A stretch of 64,000 bases of DNA. Origin: Candidatus Ozemobacteraceae bacterium. GTDB lineage: Bacteria; Muiribacteriota; Ozemobacteria; Ozemobacterales; Ozemobacteraceae. The first letter of the stretch is position 1, and each line of letters starts with the position of its first letter. The stretch lies in assembly GCA_965140445.1 (NCBI GenBank), contig OZ223236.1, positions 3,168,001-3,232,000 on the forward strand. Direction: 5' to 3'. Under the pieces are notes generated by a model that saw only the letters and a list, made by a program, of their open reading frames with translations, made no database searches and had not been told where the DNA came from. Below are positions 30,901 to 39,918 of the stretch, piece by piece. The position numbers and the translations under genes were made by a program.

Positions 30901-32780
30901 ATGTTGAAGCCAATCAAGCCAGAGAAATTACTTCTTTTGCCTTTAATGGCTTGTCACCATCAGTTAGTGGTGTAATAGATGAAAACAGCAAAACCATTGA
31001 ATTAACTGTTCCAAATGGAACAAATATTACAAATTTAACCCCAACAATTGTCCATACAGGCGTTTCAATGACACCTGTATCAGGTGCTTCTCAAAACTTT
31101 ACAAATCCTGTAAATTATACGGTTACTGCTGAAAGTAATTTAACAAAAACGTATTCAGTAACAGTTATAGTCGAGCCAAGCAGTGAAAAAGATTTAACTT
31201 CTTTTGCTTTTAATGGTCTTTCTCCTGCTGTTTTGGGAACTATCAATCAAGTTGCAAAAACCGTATCTTTAACGGTTCCTTATGATACTGATTTAACAAA
31301 TCTGGTTCCGACGATTTCCCATACAGGAAACAGTGTTTCGCCGGCATCAAATGTTCCAGCTAATTTTACAAATCCAGTTGCTTATACTGTCACTGCTGAA
31401 AATGGCTCAACGCAAAGTTATCAGGTAACTGTCACCAAAGAACCAAGTCCAACAAAATCAATAACTGGTTTTGCTTTTAATGGCTTAGATCCTGTAGTCT
31501 CGGGTTCTATAAACCAGGGTTCAAAGAAAGTTTCTGTCACAGTACCTTTTGGGACAGATCCATCCAATCTGGTTCCGACTATTACACATAATGGTGCCAG
31601 CATAAGTCCCAATAGCGGAATTGCACAGGATTTTACAAACCCTGTTTCTTATACTGTTACTGCTGAAGATTCTTCTTCTCAAAGTTATGAAGTCAAAGTG
31701 ACTGTAGCTAAAAACCCATCGAAAAAAATAAAACAAATTAATTTTTCTAATGAAGTTCCAGTTGTTTCATATAATGTAGATGACACCACTGGTGATGTGG
31801 ATGTGCTTGTTCCAGATGGAACAGACATTACTGCTTTAGCTCTCAACATCGCACATACAGGAAAGAGTATCAATCCAGTATCTGGTTCTGTTCAAAATTT
31901 TACAAATCCTGTTACCTATACTGTAACTGCTGAAGACGATTCGCAAAAACCATTTATGGTTAGTGCTGCTGTGGATGCCACTCCTCAGGATTATATATCA
32001 CCAAATATTGGTGTTTTAAAAGCAATCAATGGGGGAGTCTTTCAACGTGATGACAATTCTGGAAACTTGACAGAGGTTTCAACATTTAGAATGGGGCAGT
32101 ATGAAATAACTCAAGCACAATACATCGCGGTTACTGGTGCACCAAATCCAAGCTGGTGTGTTGCGCCAAATGTTTTACAGAACAATCTTAACAGACCTGT
32201 AGAAAAATTAACCTGGTATGATGCCGTTGAATTCTGTAACAAATTAAGCGAGCTTGAAGGTTTGCCATTAGCATATACAATTACTGGAAGAGTTCCTGCT
32301 TCTGGATACCCAATAACCGATGCTGTTGTAACTTTAACAGGAGAAAATGGTTATCGATTGCCTACAGATGCTGAATGGCAGTGGGCTTCTATGGGCGCTT
32401 CCGATAAAAGGAAAAAGAAATTTTCAGGGTCTACTGGTAGCAATAAAATAGAAGATTATGCCTGGTTTTTTGATAATTCAGTTGATGGTTTATTGCCATC
32501 TGATCCAGATTACGGGACTCACCAAGTTGGAACGAAATTGCCAAATGAATTAGGAATTTATGACATGAATGGAAATGTTGAAGAATGGTGCTGGGATTTG
32601 TATGATTCTTATCCTGCTGGACAACTTGAAAACCCCAAGGGTGCCGCAGCATCATCATTTAGACTCGTGCGTGGTGGGAGCTGGATAAGCAACATGTCGC
32701 GAACAGATGTTTCTTTTAGAAGGTATTTTTATCCAGGGGTGAAATTTGACTTTTATGGAATTAGGGTCATTCGTCAGTAA
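27933..32780 (+). CDS. large surface lipoprotein: lipobox, Ig-like (Big_5-like) domain, 10 tandem Ig-like repeats, C-terminal FGE-sulfatase (SUMF1/CLec-fold) domain
   Basis: LVGC lipobox; repeats; YEITQAQY, PVEKLTWYDAVEFCNKLS, YRLPTDAEWQ, PNELGIYDMNGNVEEWCWD, RGGSW. Confidence 0.9.
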   Translation: MNFEKILKVSLFFLIVFSLVLVGCRLTGNYSDNTNSFSTVKGSIQGKISFTAKKNYRISGIRYQELTGLVSAAGAEVWLEDMPDIPHVFTNASGVYSFPDVPVGDHVVIAKLLINNVVQKARSENVSVTADANIVSVPEVQLENASNVLTGVLKDSSGVPLPPGTLLTLWGESFSVGLDGLFTTPPLPDSIDTAEVFVKIPGSQEVTSFVGPFVESGAPAFVEQQILPVADSNHAPSGVLLSKDALGNETIKCKVLDKLYITLTPFDPDANDISLLEFKWNVSNGSLIMGSSGKDAVWTAMENSGVATISVEIKDPKNATSTVNLRLLVDAESIDMVDSAGPVIISKIPDQGATSVDISSKIEVVFDEELQANSITNDSVTVSNAGENISGIVELQPDKKTIIWSGLTSLVSGSEIIATVNGDIRDVNGNPSGKETTWTFQTLGETKVISTNPFFTAAAPTKNITAFVFGGLTPQVDGIIDENSKKIALIVPFGTDVTSLIPSVTHNGINLSPASGIQQDFSTPVNYTVSAYDGSSQVYEVTVIESANPTKSITSFTFESLNPDVSGVVDDVAKTITVNVPYGTSITNIAPTITHSGASISPASGVRRNFTNPVTYTVTATNGTTQEYTVTVTTGGLFDCNISAFNFYGLSPSVIGNINNDDLTITLVVPRGTNLTSLVPTISHNGASISPVSGVARNFTNPVSYTVNARLWLSQTYQVYVVEEPNLNCVINTFDFEGLNPSISGEVDTALRKVVLNVPYGTNVTSLVPTISHTGVSISPASGVPVNFSNPVNYVVTASDGSTQTFQVQVVVSSSTSKDIISFDFEDFDPVVEGDIISFWFRSVSLTVPYGTDVTALTPTIRHSGVSINPPSGTPQNFSNSRTYTVTAANGSTNNYTVTVTVAPNIAKEITSFSFEGLNPPVYGLINDAARVISITVPYGTNITALTPTIVHTGTGISPLSGVAQNFTNTVSYNVVAANGSTKTYNVNVNVEANQAREITSFAFNGLSPSVSGVIDENSKTIELTVPNGTNITNLTPTIVHTGVSMTPVSGASQNFTNPVNYTVTAESNLTKTYSVTVIVEPSSEKDLTSFAFNGLSPAVLGTINQVAKTVSLTVPYDTDLTNLVPTISHTGNSVSPASNVPANFTNPVAYTVTAENGSTQSYQVTVTKEPSPTKSITGFAFNGLDPVVSGSINQGSKKVSVTVPFGTDPSNLVPTITHNGASISPNSGIAQDFTNPVSYTVTAEDSSSQSYEVKVTVAKNPSKKIKQINFSNEVPVVSYNVDDTTGDVDVLVPDGTDITALALNIAHTGKSINPVSGSVQNFTNPVTYTVTAEDDSQKPFMVSAAVDATPQDYISPNIGVLKAINGGVFQRDDNSGNLTEVSTFRMGQYEITQAQYIAVTGAPNPSWCVAPNVLQNNLNRPVEKLTWYDAVEFCNKLSELEGLPLAYTITGRVPASGYPITDAVVTLTGENGYRLPTDAEWQWASMGASDKRKKKFSGSTGSNKIEDYAWFFDNSVDGLLPSDPDYGTHQVGTKLPNELGIYDMNGNVEEWCWDLYDSYPAGQLENPKGAAASSFRLVRGGSWISNMSRTDVSFRRYFYPGVKFDFYGIRVIRQ
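29313..31970 (+). repeat. 10 tandem ~267-nt (89-aa) intragenic Ig-like repeats (DUF5018-like)
   Basis: unit K.IT.F.F.GL.P.V.G.I....K.I...VPYGT..T.L.PTI.H.G.SISP.SG...NFTNPV.YTVTA.DGS...Y.V.V; DNA copies diverged. Confidence 0.9.
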
Positions 32781-32788
32781 GGAAAAAT

Positions 32789-33190
32789 ATGAAAACATTT
32801 GTTGTTATTGTTACTCTTTTTTTAATTCTGCCTCATGGGATTGCTTTCGCCAAAAAAAGTAGTGCTACAAAAAATATGCTTGAAGATGCTAAGAAACTTA
32901 GTTATGAAGGGCAAATTAATCGCGCTGAAGAACTAATGGGAAAACATGAAAAAGAATTGGCAGAAAAGAAAAAAAGTAGTGAAGATAGCAGCATGAATTC
33001 AATGATGCTTTCAATGATTTGGGGAGCAATCGGCACCGGGTATTTTATTTATGGTAAAAAACAGGCCAGAGCTATGTTTCTTCTTTGCGGAATTGGCCTT
33101 TGTGTTTTTCCAATGATTTTATCAGGAATAACCCTTAGTATAATACTTGGTTTAATTCTTTCTATAGCACCTTTTAAGATAGAAATTTGA
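32789..33190 (+). CDS. hypothetical membrane protein
   Basis: signal peptide; C-terminal IWGAIGTGYFIYGKKQ...LLCGIGLCVFP small-membrane-domain pattern. Confidence 0.7.
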   Translation: MKTFVVIVTLFLILPHGIAFAKKSSATKNMLEDAKKLSYEGQINRAEELMGKHEKELAEKKKSSEDSSMNSMMLSMIWGAIGTGYFIYGKKQARAMFLLCGIGLCVFPMILSGITLSIILGLILSIAPFKIEI

Positions 33191-33215
33191 TTTAAAGATT
33201 TTAAAGGATGTTAGA

Positions 33216-33668
33216 TTGAGAAGAAAAGATCGCAGTATTTCCGAAAATGAAGCCCAACAAATACTAATTAAAGGCGAATACGGTGTCCTTTCCCTGGCAA
33301 AGGGGGAGGTTGCTTACGGTATTCCGCTGTCATATTGCTATCATGAAAGAAGTATCATATTTCATTCTGCAATTGAGGGAAGAAAAATTGTTTTTTTAAC
33401 AGAAAACCCCAGATGCTCTTTTTGTGTAGTTGGTGAAACAAAAACTTTACCAGAATCCTTTGGGACCTGCTACCAAAGTGCGATTGTTGAAGGAACCGTT
33501 TTTGAGCTTTTTAATAAAGAAAAGATAAATGGTCTCATGAAATTAGTGGAAAAATATTCTTCGGATTTCATAGATCAAGGCAAAGAATACATTTTGAAAA
33601 AAGAGAAAAATACGCGTGTTTTCATAATTAAAAATATAGTTATGAGCGGAAAAGCCAGAAAGTTTTAA
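33216..33668 (+). CDS. pyridoxamine 5'-phosphate oxidase family flavin-binding protein (NimA-like)
   Basis: MRRKDR.I...EA..IL..GEYGVLS, YGIPLSY, FHSA.EG.K, SGKAR. Confidence 0.9.
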   Translation: MRRKDRSISENEAQQILIKGEYGVLSLAKGEVAYGIPLSYCYHERSIIFHSAIEGRKIVFLTENPRCSFCVVGETKTLPESFGTCYQSAIVEGTVFELFNKEKINGLMKLVEKYSSDFIDQGKEYILKKEKNTRVFIIKNIVMSGKARKF

Positions 33669-33729
33669 TGTTTTATATTTCAATTTAAAAAATACAGCAC
33701 TAAATTAATAATCAAAGGAAAAGCATTAG

Positions 33730-35373
33730 TTGAAAAACAAAACCAGCCTCATTGAAAAACTTTTTTTAGACTTAGTTACAACCAGAAGCGACACTAATAC
33801 ATTATTTGAATGTGATATTGAAGAAGTCATTTTCAATTGGCTGGCTGAATTACCATATTTTATAAAATTTCCAGACAGATTAGGCACCAAGATTATAATT
33901 AATGATGCTTTTCATCGAAAAGTAGTTTGGTCGCTTGTTAAAGGAAAAGGAAGCAAAACAATAGTTCTTATTCATCATCACGACGCTGTAGGAACAGAGG
34001 ATTATGGCAAATTACGACCTTTTTCCTTATTGCCGGATGATTTGTTTGAAAAGCTAAAAAACCGAAAGTTATCACCAAATGTTAAAAAGGATTTAGATTC
34101 AGGGGAATGGATTTTTGGAAGAGGAACTGCTGATATGAAGGCAGGAGCAGCGATTCAAATGGCTTTAATTGAAAAATTTTCCTGCGCCCCTGACTTCGAT
34201 GGGAACCTTCTTTTGCTAAGCGTTCCAGACGAAGAATCTTTATCTAGGGGAATGCTAACTGCATCTGAATTAATGCAAGAGCTTAAATCTACTTTTGATC
34301 TTGATTTTATTTTAACCATTAATTCCGAGCCTTATTTCAATAATTCTGGAAAAAAAGCAATAATGCATGAAGGTTCTGTTGGCAAAATAATGCCTGTTGT
34401 CTATGTAAAAGGCGTTAAAAGCCATATTGGCGACCCATACAATGGGATAAATCCATCTTTTATTTTAGCTAATATTCAACGATACACAGAACTTAATGTA
34501 AAACTGTGCGATCGAATTAATGATGATGCAACTCCTCCTCCTATTTGGGTAAATTTAAAGGATAGGAAGAGATTTTACGATGCTTCTATCCCAGAGGCTG
34601 CTACAGGGTATTTTAACTGGCTTACCTTTACCAGATCTCCTGTTAAAATTCTTGAAACCCTTACTTCTATTTGTGAAGATGCTCTCAGAGATACTATTAA
34701 GCATTTTAAATATTCAAGACAAGAGTTTTATGAACTGATTCCCGATAAACCAGACTCAATTGAATTTGAGCCTAGAGTTATGGATTTTAAAACTCTATTC
34801 CTGGAAGCGGTAGAAAATGGCGGGAAAGAATTTGAGGAAAGCTACCTTCAGTTTGAAGAAGAGATTAAAATTCTTTTTGAAAAGAATATTATTACACTCC
34901 CGGAAGCAACCCTTCGACTTCTAGAATTTACGGCAGATTCGCTGGACATTGATGAACCAACAGTTGTGATAGCTATTTCTGGACCATATTATCCGCACAT
35001 TTCAAATATACTGTTAAAAGATGGAGAGAAATTTGATTTGCATCGTCGGGTAAATGAATATTCTCTAAAAAACTTTGGGGTGGAATATCAGTCCCAATCT
35101 TATTTTATGGGCATTTCTGATTTATCATATGCTTCCTGGGTCGGCAGTGATGCCGATGTTATGGCAATAAAAACCAACAGTCCTGGCTGGGATACCATTT
35201 ATAAAATACCTTTTAAAGCAATTCAGAGCATGAAGTCTCCTGTCGTAAACATTGGCCCATGGGGCAAAGACCTTCATAAACCGACTGAAAGAGTTTTTAA
35301 AAAGGATGTCCTGGAAAGAATTCCCTCAATATTATCAACTTTGATCACTGATATCTTAAAAATTTCCAACTAG
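33730..35373 (+). CDS. rocB: M20-family arginine utilization protein RocB-like
   Basis: HHDAVG.EDYG, FGRGTADMKAG, VPDEE..SRGM, GSVGK, NIGPWGKDLHK.TERV. Confidence 0.85.
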   Translation: MKNKTSLIEKLFLDLVTTRSDTNTLFECDIEEVIFNWLAELPYFIKFPDRLGTKIIINDAFHRKVVWSLVKGKGSKTIVLIHHHDAVGTEDYGKLRPFSLLPDDLFEKLKNRKLSPNVKKDLDSGEWIFGRGTADMKAGAAIQMALIEKFSCAPDFDGNLLLLSVPDEESLSRGMLTASELMQELKSTFDLDFILTINSEPYFNNSGKKAIMHEGSVGKIMPVVYVKGVKSHIGDPYNGINPSFILANIQRYTELNVKLCDRINDDATPPPIWVNLKDRKRFYDASIPEAATGYFNWLTFTRSPVKILETLTSICEDALRDTIKHFKYSRQEFYELIPDKPDSIEFEPRVMDFKTLFLEAVENGGKEFEESYLQFEEEIKILFEKNIITLPEATLRLLEFTADSLDIDEPTVVIAISGPYYPHISNILLKDGEKFDLHRRVNEYSLKNFGVEYQSQSYFMGISDLSYASWVGSDADVMAIKTNSPGWDTIYKIPFKAIQSMKSPVVNIGPWGKDLHKPTERVFKKDVLERIPSILSTLITDILKISN

Positions 35374-35405
35374 CTTTAAACCATTAATTTAATGTGTCTG
35401 CTTCA

Positions 35406-35434
35406 TTGCCACTAATGGTAAATTCATCTATAAT
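35406..35434 (+). promoter_or_regulatory. sigma70 promoter TTGCCA-N17-TATAAT, probably leaderless
   Basis: -10 ends 7 nt before the ATG at 35442. Confidence 0.7.
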
Positions 35435-35441
35435 AAGGGCT

Positions 35442-36566
35442 ATGAAGCAAATACTATGTCTTTCAATAATTCTGATACTGTCATTTTCAATCGGCTGTGG
35501 AAGCAGCGGTGGATCTAGTAACCCTGTAAGTTCAGTTGTTTCACCCTCAATAACCACAATTTCGCCTCTGACAGGCGGACCAGGTACGATTGTTTCAATT
35601 CAGGGGACAGGTTTTGGAGCTATTCAAGGATCTGGTTTTGTAAGTTACGGTGGAATAACAGTTCAACCGAGTAGTTGGAGCAATACTCTTATTACTGTAA
35701 CTATTCCTCAAAATGCTACATCAGGTGGCTCATTTATTGTAAGTGTTGGGGGTGTTTCATCAAACTCCAGTCCTCAATTTACCCAAAGTAGCCCGACAAT
35801 TTCTTATATTTCTCCTGCCTCTGGTAATCCAGGTATTCAAGTCGTTATAACCGGGCAATATTTTGGAACTTCCCAGGGGAGTTCCTACGTAGCATTTAAT
35901 GGACAACAAGCTCAAATTATTAATTGGAGTTCAACTGCAATTACATGCCTTGTTCCAAACTTTTCTAGTGCTCAAACCGGTAGTTTACCCGTTGTAGTCT
36001 GGTTAGACGGAACCAAAATGTCTAATACTTCTACCTTTTCTTTAACCTATCCGGCAATAACAAGTGTTAGTCCCAGCGCCGATAATATTGGTGCAACAAT
36101 CAGCATTTATGGTCAGGGGTTTGGACAAAATCAATCTTTGGTAAATGGTTCTGTTTTAATCGGTGGTTCAAATGCTCAAGTTGTCAATTGGGGTGAAAAT
36201 TTTATTCAAGCCAAAATACCTCAGATATCCGGTTCAGGGGCTAAGGCGATTGTGGTAAATGTTAGTGGAAAACAAATTACTAACAGCATTCGGGTAGAAG
36301 CCCCAATTGCTAATAGTCATAGTCCAAATCCTGCTGATAATGGAAGCTTGCTAACTATTTCAGGAGCTTATTTTGGTAATTCAAGTGATGATGTAAGTAG
36401 AAGTGTCTCAATCCAGGATTATGGAGTTGTTACGGGTGTAAACTATTACGATAACTCCCTGAGTTTTACATGGCCAATTTCAAACAGTCTATTTGGAACT
36501 CAAACAAAGACAGTAACTATAAGCATTGGTGGTTTATCCACAAATTTTACAGTTACTGCTAACTAA
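35442..36566 (+). CDS. lipoprotein with about four IPT/TIG domains
   Basis: SIGC lipobox; repeated P.I..ISP..G..G..V.I.G..FG..QG.S.V.F.G....W; ATG at 35442 gives a proper signal peptide. Confidence 0.85.
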   Translation: MKQILCLSIILILSFSIGCGSSGGSSNPVSSVVSPSITTISPLTGGPGTIVSIQGTGFGAIQGSGFVSYGGITVQPSSWSNTLITVTIPQNATSGGSFIVSVGGVSSNSSPQFTQSSPTISYISPASGNPGIQVVITGQYFGTSQGSSYVAFNGQQAQIINWSSTAITCLVPNFSSAQTGSLPVVVWLDGTKMSNTSTFSLTYPAITSVSPSADNIGATISIYGQGFGQNQSLVNGSVLIGGSNAQVVNWGENFIQAKIPQISGSGAKAIVVNVSGKQITNSIRVEAPIANSHSPNPADNGSLLTISGAYFGNSSDDVSRSVSIQDYGVVTGVNYYDNSLSFTWPISNSLFGTQTKTVTISIGGLSTNFTVTAN

Positions 36567-36628
36567 CAAAGGTATATAGCGGGAATTAACTGACCGATAA
36601 AGCTTTTTAAATTCCCGAGAAAAGTTCG

Positions 36629-37897
36629 TTAAACTTCTATTGGGGCGAGAAATTCAATTAATTCTGAATTTCCACCAATTTTTGCAATGTCTTTTATGCT
36701 CTGCCCGGCAGCATTTCTGGCTTTTGGATCTGAACCGGCAAAAATTAAACTTCTTACCATCTCAATCTTTTGGTCTTCAACTGCATGCAGCAAGGCGGTA
36801 TTTCCGGAGTTGTCTATTCTATCAACTAGCACTCCTGATTCCATCAAAAGGAGAAAAACTTCAAAATGGTTTTCTATAACAGACCTGATAAGGGGTGTAT
36901 GACCAAGTAAACCTTTAATCTCTGGATCAGCTCCATTTTTTAAAAGAAGCTTTAAAATATCTACGTGGCCTAAATTAACAGCCATTAAAAGAGGAAAAGT
37001 GTTTTGCGATGGTTCAAAGTGATGAATATCTGACCCATGTTGAATTAAAAATTCTGCTGCGGATAAATTATTGGCTTGTACAGCTCTAAGCAGAAGATTA
37101 AAGCCCTGAGAATCAATTTCTCTTACTAAATCAGGATATGCAGTAACTAGTTGAATCAGTTCTGGTAACCTGTTGTTAGTGACATATTCGCTGCCTTTTT
37201 CGATTAGTTCGGAGGGTTCAAATTCCAATTCTATGGATGCAATTCCTTCAAGTAATTCTACAATTCTATTTCTTTCCATGCCTTCAGGAGGATTATCTAT
37301 ATAACGGCTTAGATCCTCAAGGCTATCATGTAAAATACTGGCAACCGTTCTGCTTTTTGATTGGATATAATTCGCCATTAGGCATTCAAGGCCCTGAATA
37401 AAAAGCACTGGTATGTCATTACTTTTTCCCGTTCCTGTTAAGAACCTGGCAAAGCTGAAGTTTAAACGATTCTGCTTTAGACGTTCAAAATAAATGCAAG
37501 CATTTTGCGCATTTTGAACTCTTACAAGCATATCTTTTTCTTTAAAAGAAAAAGCCCATGAGTTTCTGGCAAGCTTTAAAGTCAGTTCTACATCTTTTAA
37601 TCTACAGGCTAATTCAGCTGAAACCGAAGTCATATATGCAATTTGATCAAAGCGCATGGAGTAGGGGTGTTTTTCAGCTGAGATGAAAAGGGAAAGAGCT
37701 TCCTTGTCGCTCTTTTTTTCTACAAGATTTAGAAACTCATAAAACCTTTGCCAACCAAGAAAAACGGGATCTACGGGGGGCGTTTTTAATAGTTCAAGCT
37801 TAAAAAGCTGGGAAAGTTTTAAACTTTGATCAAATTTCTTACTTTTAAATGCGTTAGATATTTGATCCATGAATTCTGCAAATTTCTTTTGTTCCAT
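36629..37897 (-). CDS. ankyrin-repeat protein with uncharacterised N-terminal helical domain
   Basis: GHTPLIRSV, GNTALLHAV, LLLKNGADPE ankyrin repeats in the C-terminal half. Confidence 0.85.
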   Translation of the reverse strand: MEQKKFAEFMDQISNAFKSKKFDQSLKLSQLFKLELLKTPPVDPVFLGWQRFYEFLNLVEKKSDKEALSLFISAEKHPYSMRFDQIAYMTSVSAELACRLKDVELTLKLARNSWAFSFKEKDMLVRVQNAQNACIYFERLKQNRLNFSFARFLTGTGKSNDIPVLFIQGLECLMANYIQSKSRTVASILHDSLEDLSRYIDNPPEGMERNRIVELLEGIASIELEFEPSELIEKGSEYVTNNRLPELIQLVTAYPDLVREIDSQGFNLLLRAVQANNLSAAEFLIQHGSDIHHFEPSQNTFPLLMAVNLGHVDILKLLLKNGADPEIKGLLGHTPLIRSVIENHFEVFLLLMESGVLVDRIDNSGNTALLHAVEDQKIEMVRSLIFAGSDPKARNAAGQSIKDIAKIGGNSELIEFLAPIEV

Positions 37898-37900
37898 TTT

Positions 37901-38308
37901 TTAGTCCACGTACCCATGATCGTCGCCTGAAGTGGTTTTAAAACAAGTTACCTTTAAATTTTCAGACTCGTCGGTTACGGCATAGCTGCCGCCTGAAGGA
38001 CATTTATAAAGCTTTTTTAAATATCCCATTTCAAATAAAGTTTTTACGGTTAAATTTTTTCCACTAAGGTTAGAGTTCTCCATTTGAGCTAGAACTGCTG
38101 CTTGCTGAATAATTCTTAGGTTTTCTCTACAAGAAGTTTTTCTAACTTTTCGTCTGATATTCCCAAAACTATAAGCAGCCAGAGCCATTAGGATTCCAAT
38201 AACTCCAATAACTATTAATAGCTCAATCAATGTAAAACCCTTTCTGGGTTGCTTTTGAATGTGCTTAGCGGGGTTGAAAAAATTTAAATCAATGGTTTTA
38301 CTTAACAT
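37901..38308 (-). CDS. type IV pilin/pseudopilin (prepilin N-terminal methylation motif)
   Basis: RKG|FTLIELLIVIGVIGILMALA; GYLK..KCPSGGSY. Confidence 0.9.
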   Translation of the reverse strand: MLSKTIDLNFFNPAKHIQKQPRKGFTLIELLIVIGVIGILMALAAYSFGNIRRKVRKTSCRENLRIIQQAAVLAQMENSNLSGKNLTVKTLFEMGYLKKLYKCPSGGSYAVTDESENLKVTCFKTTSGDDHGYVD

Positions 38309-38435
38309 ACAATGCTAGATTATAGTTAATATTGGCATTAGTTCAAGACTTTTATGAATTAATTTCAGGTTGAAGAATTCATTCAATAATATTATTCTTT
38401 TCTGGTATCAAAAAGTTTAACTGGGGAGGTCCAAC

Positions 38436-39482
38436 ATGAGCATTACTGGAAAACTAGTTTTGAAGGTTTTAGAAACAGGTCTAGTGCCAGAAAAAGTTAC
38501 TTCATTATGGATAAGAAATTTGTTAAAAAATGCTTCTAAAAGAGCCTCTCTTGGTGAAACAGAAGCAAGACATGCCATTTTCAGGCAGATATTGAAGGAC
38601 CTTAAATTGGGAATTCCTCTAAAAAAACATACTGTTGCTGAAGAAGAAAAGCATGAAATGGGTGCGGATTTTTTTGAACTTTTCCTTGGTGGAAGAATGC
38701 AAACCAGTTGCTGTTATTTTCCAACTGGTGCTGAAACGTTAGATGAAGCAGAAGATACCATGTTGTGGATGACAGCAGACAGAGCCGGAATAAGAGAAGG
38801 AATGAAAATTCTGGATCTTGGTTGCGGCTGGGGTGAAGCTACCTTATGGCTGGCAGCAAATTTCCCTGGCGCCAAAATTACTGCTGTTACAAATTCAGTA
38901 AACAAAAGAATTCATATTCAAAAGAAAATTAATGAAAAAGGTATTAAAAACATCGAAGTTCTGGTTTCTGAATTCGATGAATTGCCAATAAATGAAAAAT
39001 TTGACAGGATCCTTTGCATTGAGAGATTTCAAGAATTTTTTAAATTACCAAACTGGGAAAATAAGATTTTAGAGCTCTTAAATAGCAATGGAAAACTCTT
39101 TCTGCAGGTTCAGGCTCATAACCAATTGGCTTATTATAATGATTCAGTCGGGTTGGACATTCTTCCCGGACAAACGATTGGGCAAACCAGTATTGTTCCA
39201 TCGACGGAAATGATTCTTCACTTCCAAAGAGATTTATCAATCGAGGACCAATGGAAAATTTCAGGAGTCCAATATGCCCAGACAGCCCGTAAGTGGCTAA
39301 AACGTTTTTATGCTAACAGGTTAGATCTATTGCCGGTTTTAGAGAAAACCTATGGAAAAAGAATGGCTTGGATCTGGTTCCAACGATGGAAGCTGTATCT
39401 TTTATCATTAATAGAACAATTTGGCTTCAATCGTGGGCAAGACTGGCTTGTCGGTCAGTATCTGTTCACCCCTAAAAAGTAA
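38436..39482 (+). CDS. CFA-synthase-like / coclaurine N-methyltransferase-like SAM methyltransferase
   Basis: FF.LFLG..MQ.SCCYF..G..TLDEAE, ILDLGCGWG. Confidence 0.85.
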   Translation: MSITGKLVLKVLETGLVPEKVTSLWIRNLLKNASKRASLGETEARHAIFRQILKDLKLGIPLKKHTVAEEEKHEMGADFFELFLGGRMQTSCCYFPTGAETLDEAEDTMLWMTADRAGIREGMKILDLGCGWGEATLWLAANFPGAKITAVTNSVNKRIHIQKKINEKGIKNIEVLVSEFDELPINEKFDRILCIERFQEFFKLPNWENKILELLNSNGKLFLQVQAHNQLAYYNDSVGLDILPGQTIGQTSIVPSTEMILHFQRDLSIEDQWKISGVQYAQTARKWLKRFYANRLDLLPVLEKTYGKRMAWIWFQRWKLYLLSLIEQFGFNRGQDWLVGQYLFTPKK

Positions 39483-39488
39483 AATTTG

Positions 39489-39917
39489 TTATTTTAACAT
39501 TTCATATGCTTTATTAATTTCAATTGTTTTTTCCATGGCCAGAGTTTTCAATTCTGGGCCGAGGTTCTCTACTTTATCGGGATGATACTCGCTTACTTTC
39601 TTTTTGTAGGCAGATTTTATTTCCTGTTGAGAAGCTGTTTTTTCTAGCTCTAATACTTTATATGGATCAAAGCTTTTTTCAACTGAAGAAAAGTTTTCTT
39701 TAGAATTTTTATGATTGGAATTTCCATTATTTTTGTATCTAAAATCGTTTATTAATGGCTTGAAAAAGAATAAATAAACTAAAAAGAAAGCTATCAAAAG
39801 GTCATCTGTTCTTCCAATTGGTCCAATAAAATCAGGTAAAAAATCAATTGGGCTAAAAAAATAAACCACGGCAAAAATCGTTATTAGAACAATTTTTGCC
39901 GTGGAATAAGGTTTCAT
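39489..39917 (-). CDS. DUF1232 (YkvA-like) + C-terminal DnaJ domain protein
   Basis: Y..SPIDFLPD..GPIG.TDD; DPYKVLEL...EIKSAY....EYHPDK; start set to ATG 39917. Confidence 0.88.
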   Translation of the reverse strand: MKPYSTAKIVLITIFAVVYFFSPIDFLPDFIGPIGRTDDLLIAFFLVYLFFFKPLINDFRYKNNGNSNHKNSKENFSSVEKSFDPYKVLELEKTASQQEIKSAYKKKVSEYHPDKVENLGPELKTLAMEKTIEINKAYEMLK

Positions 39918-39918
39918 T

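Noticed and set aside
29313..31970. CRISPR array or mobile repeat
   Set aside because: The repeats are in-frame, diverged 267-nt protein domains without a repeat-spacer pattern
32640..32780. Complete diversity-generating retroelement
   Set aside because: No reverse transcriptase, Avd or AAC-rich template repeat is seen in the window, and the terminal codons are not uniformly NNC/NNT; kept only as a possible trans target
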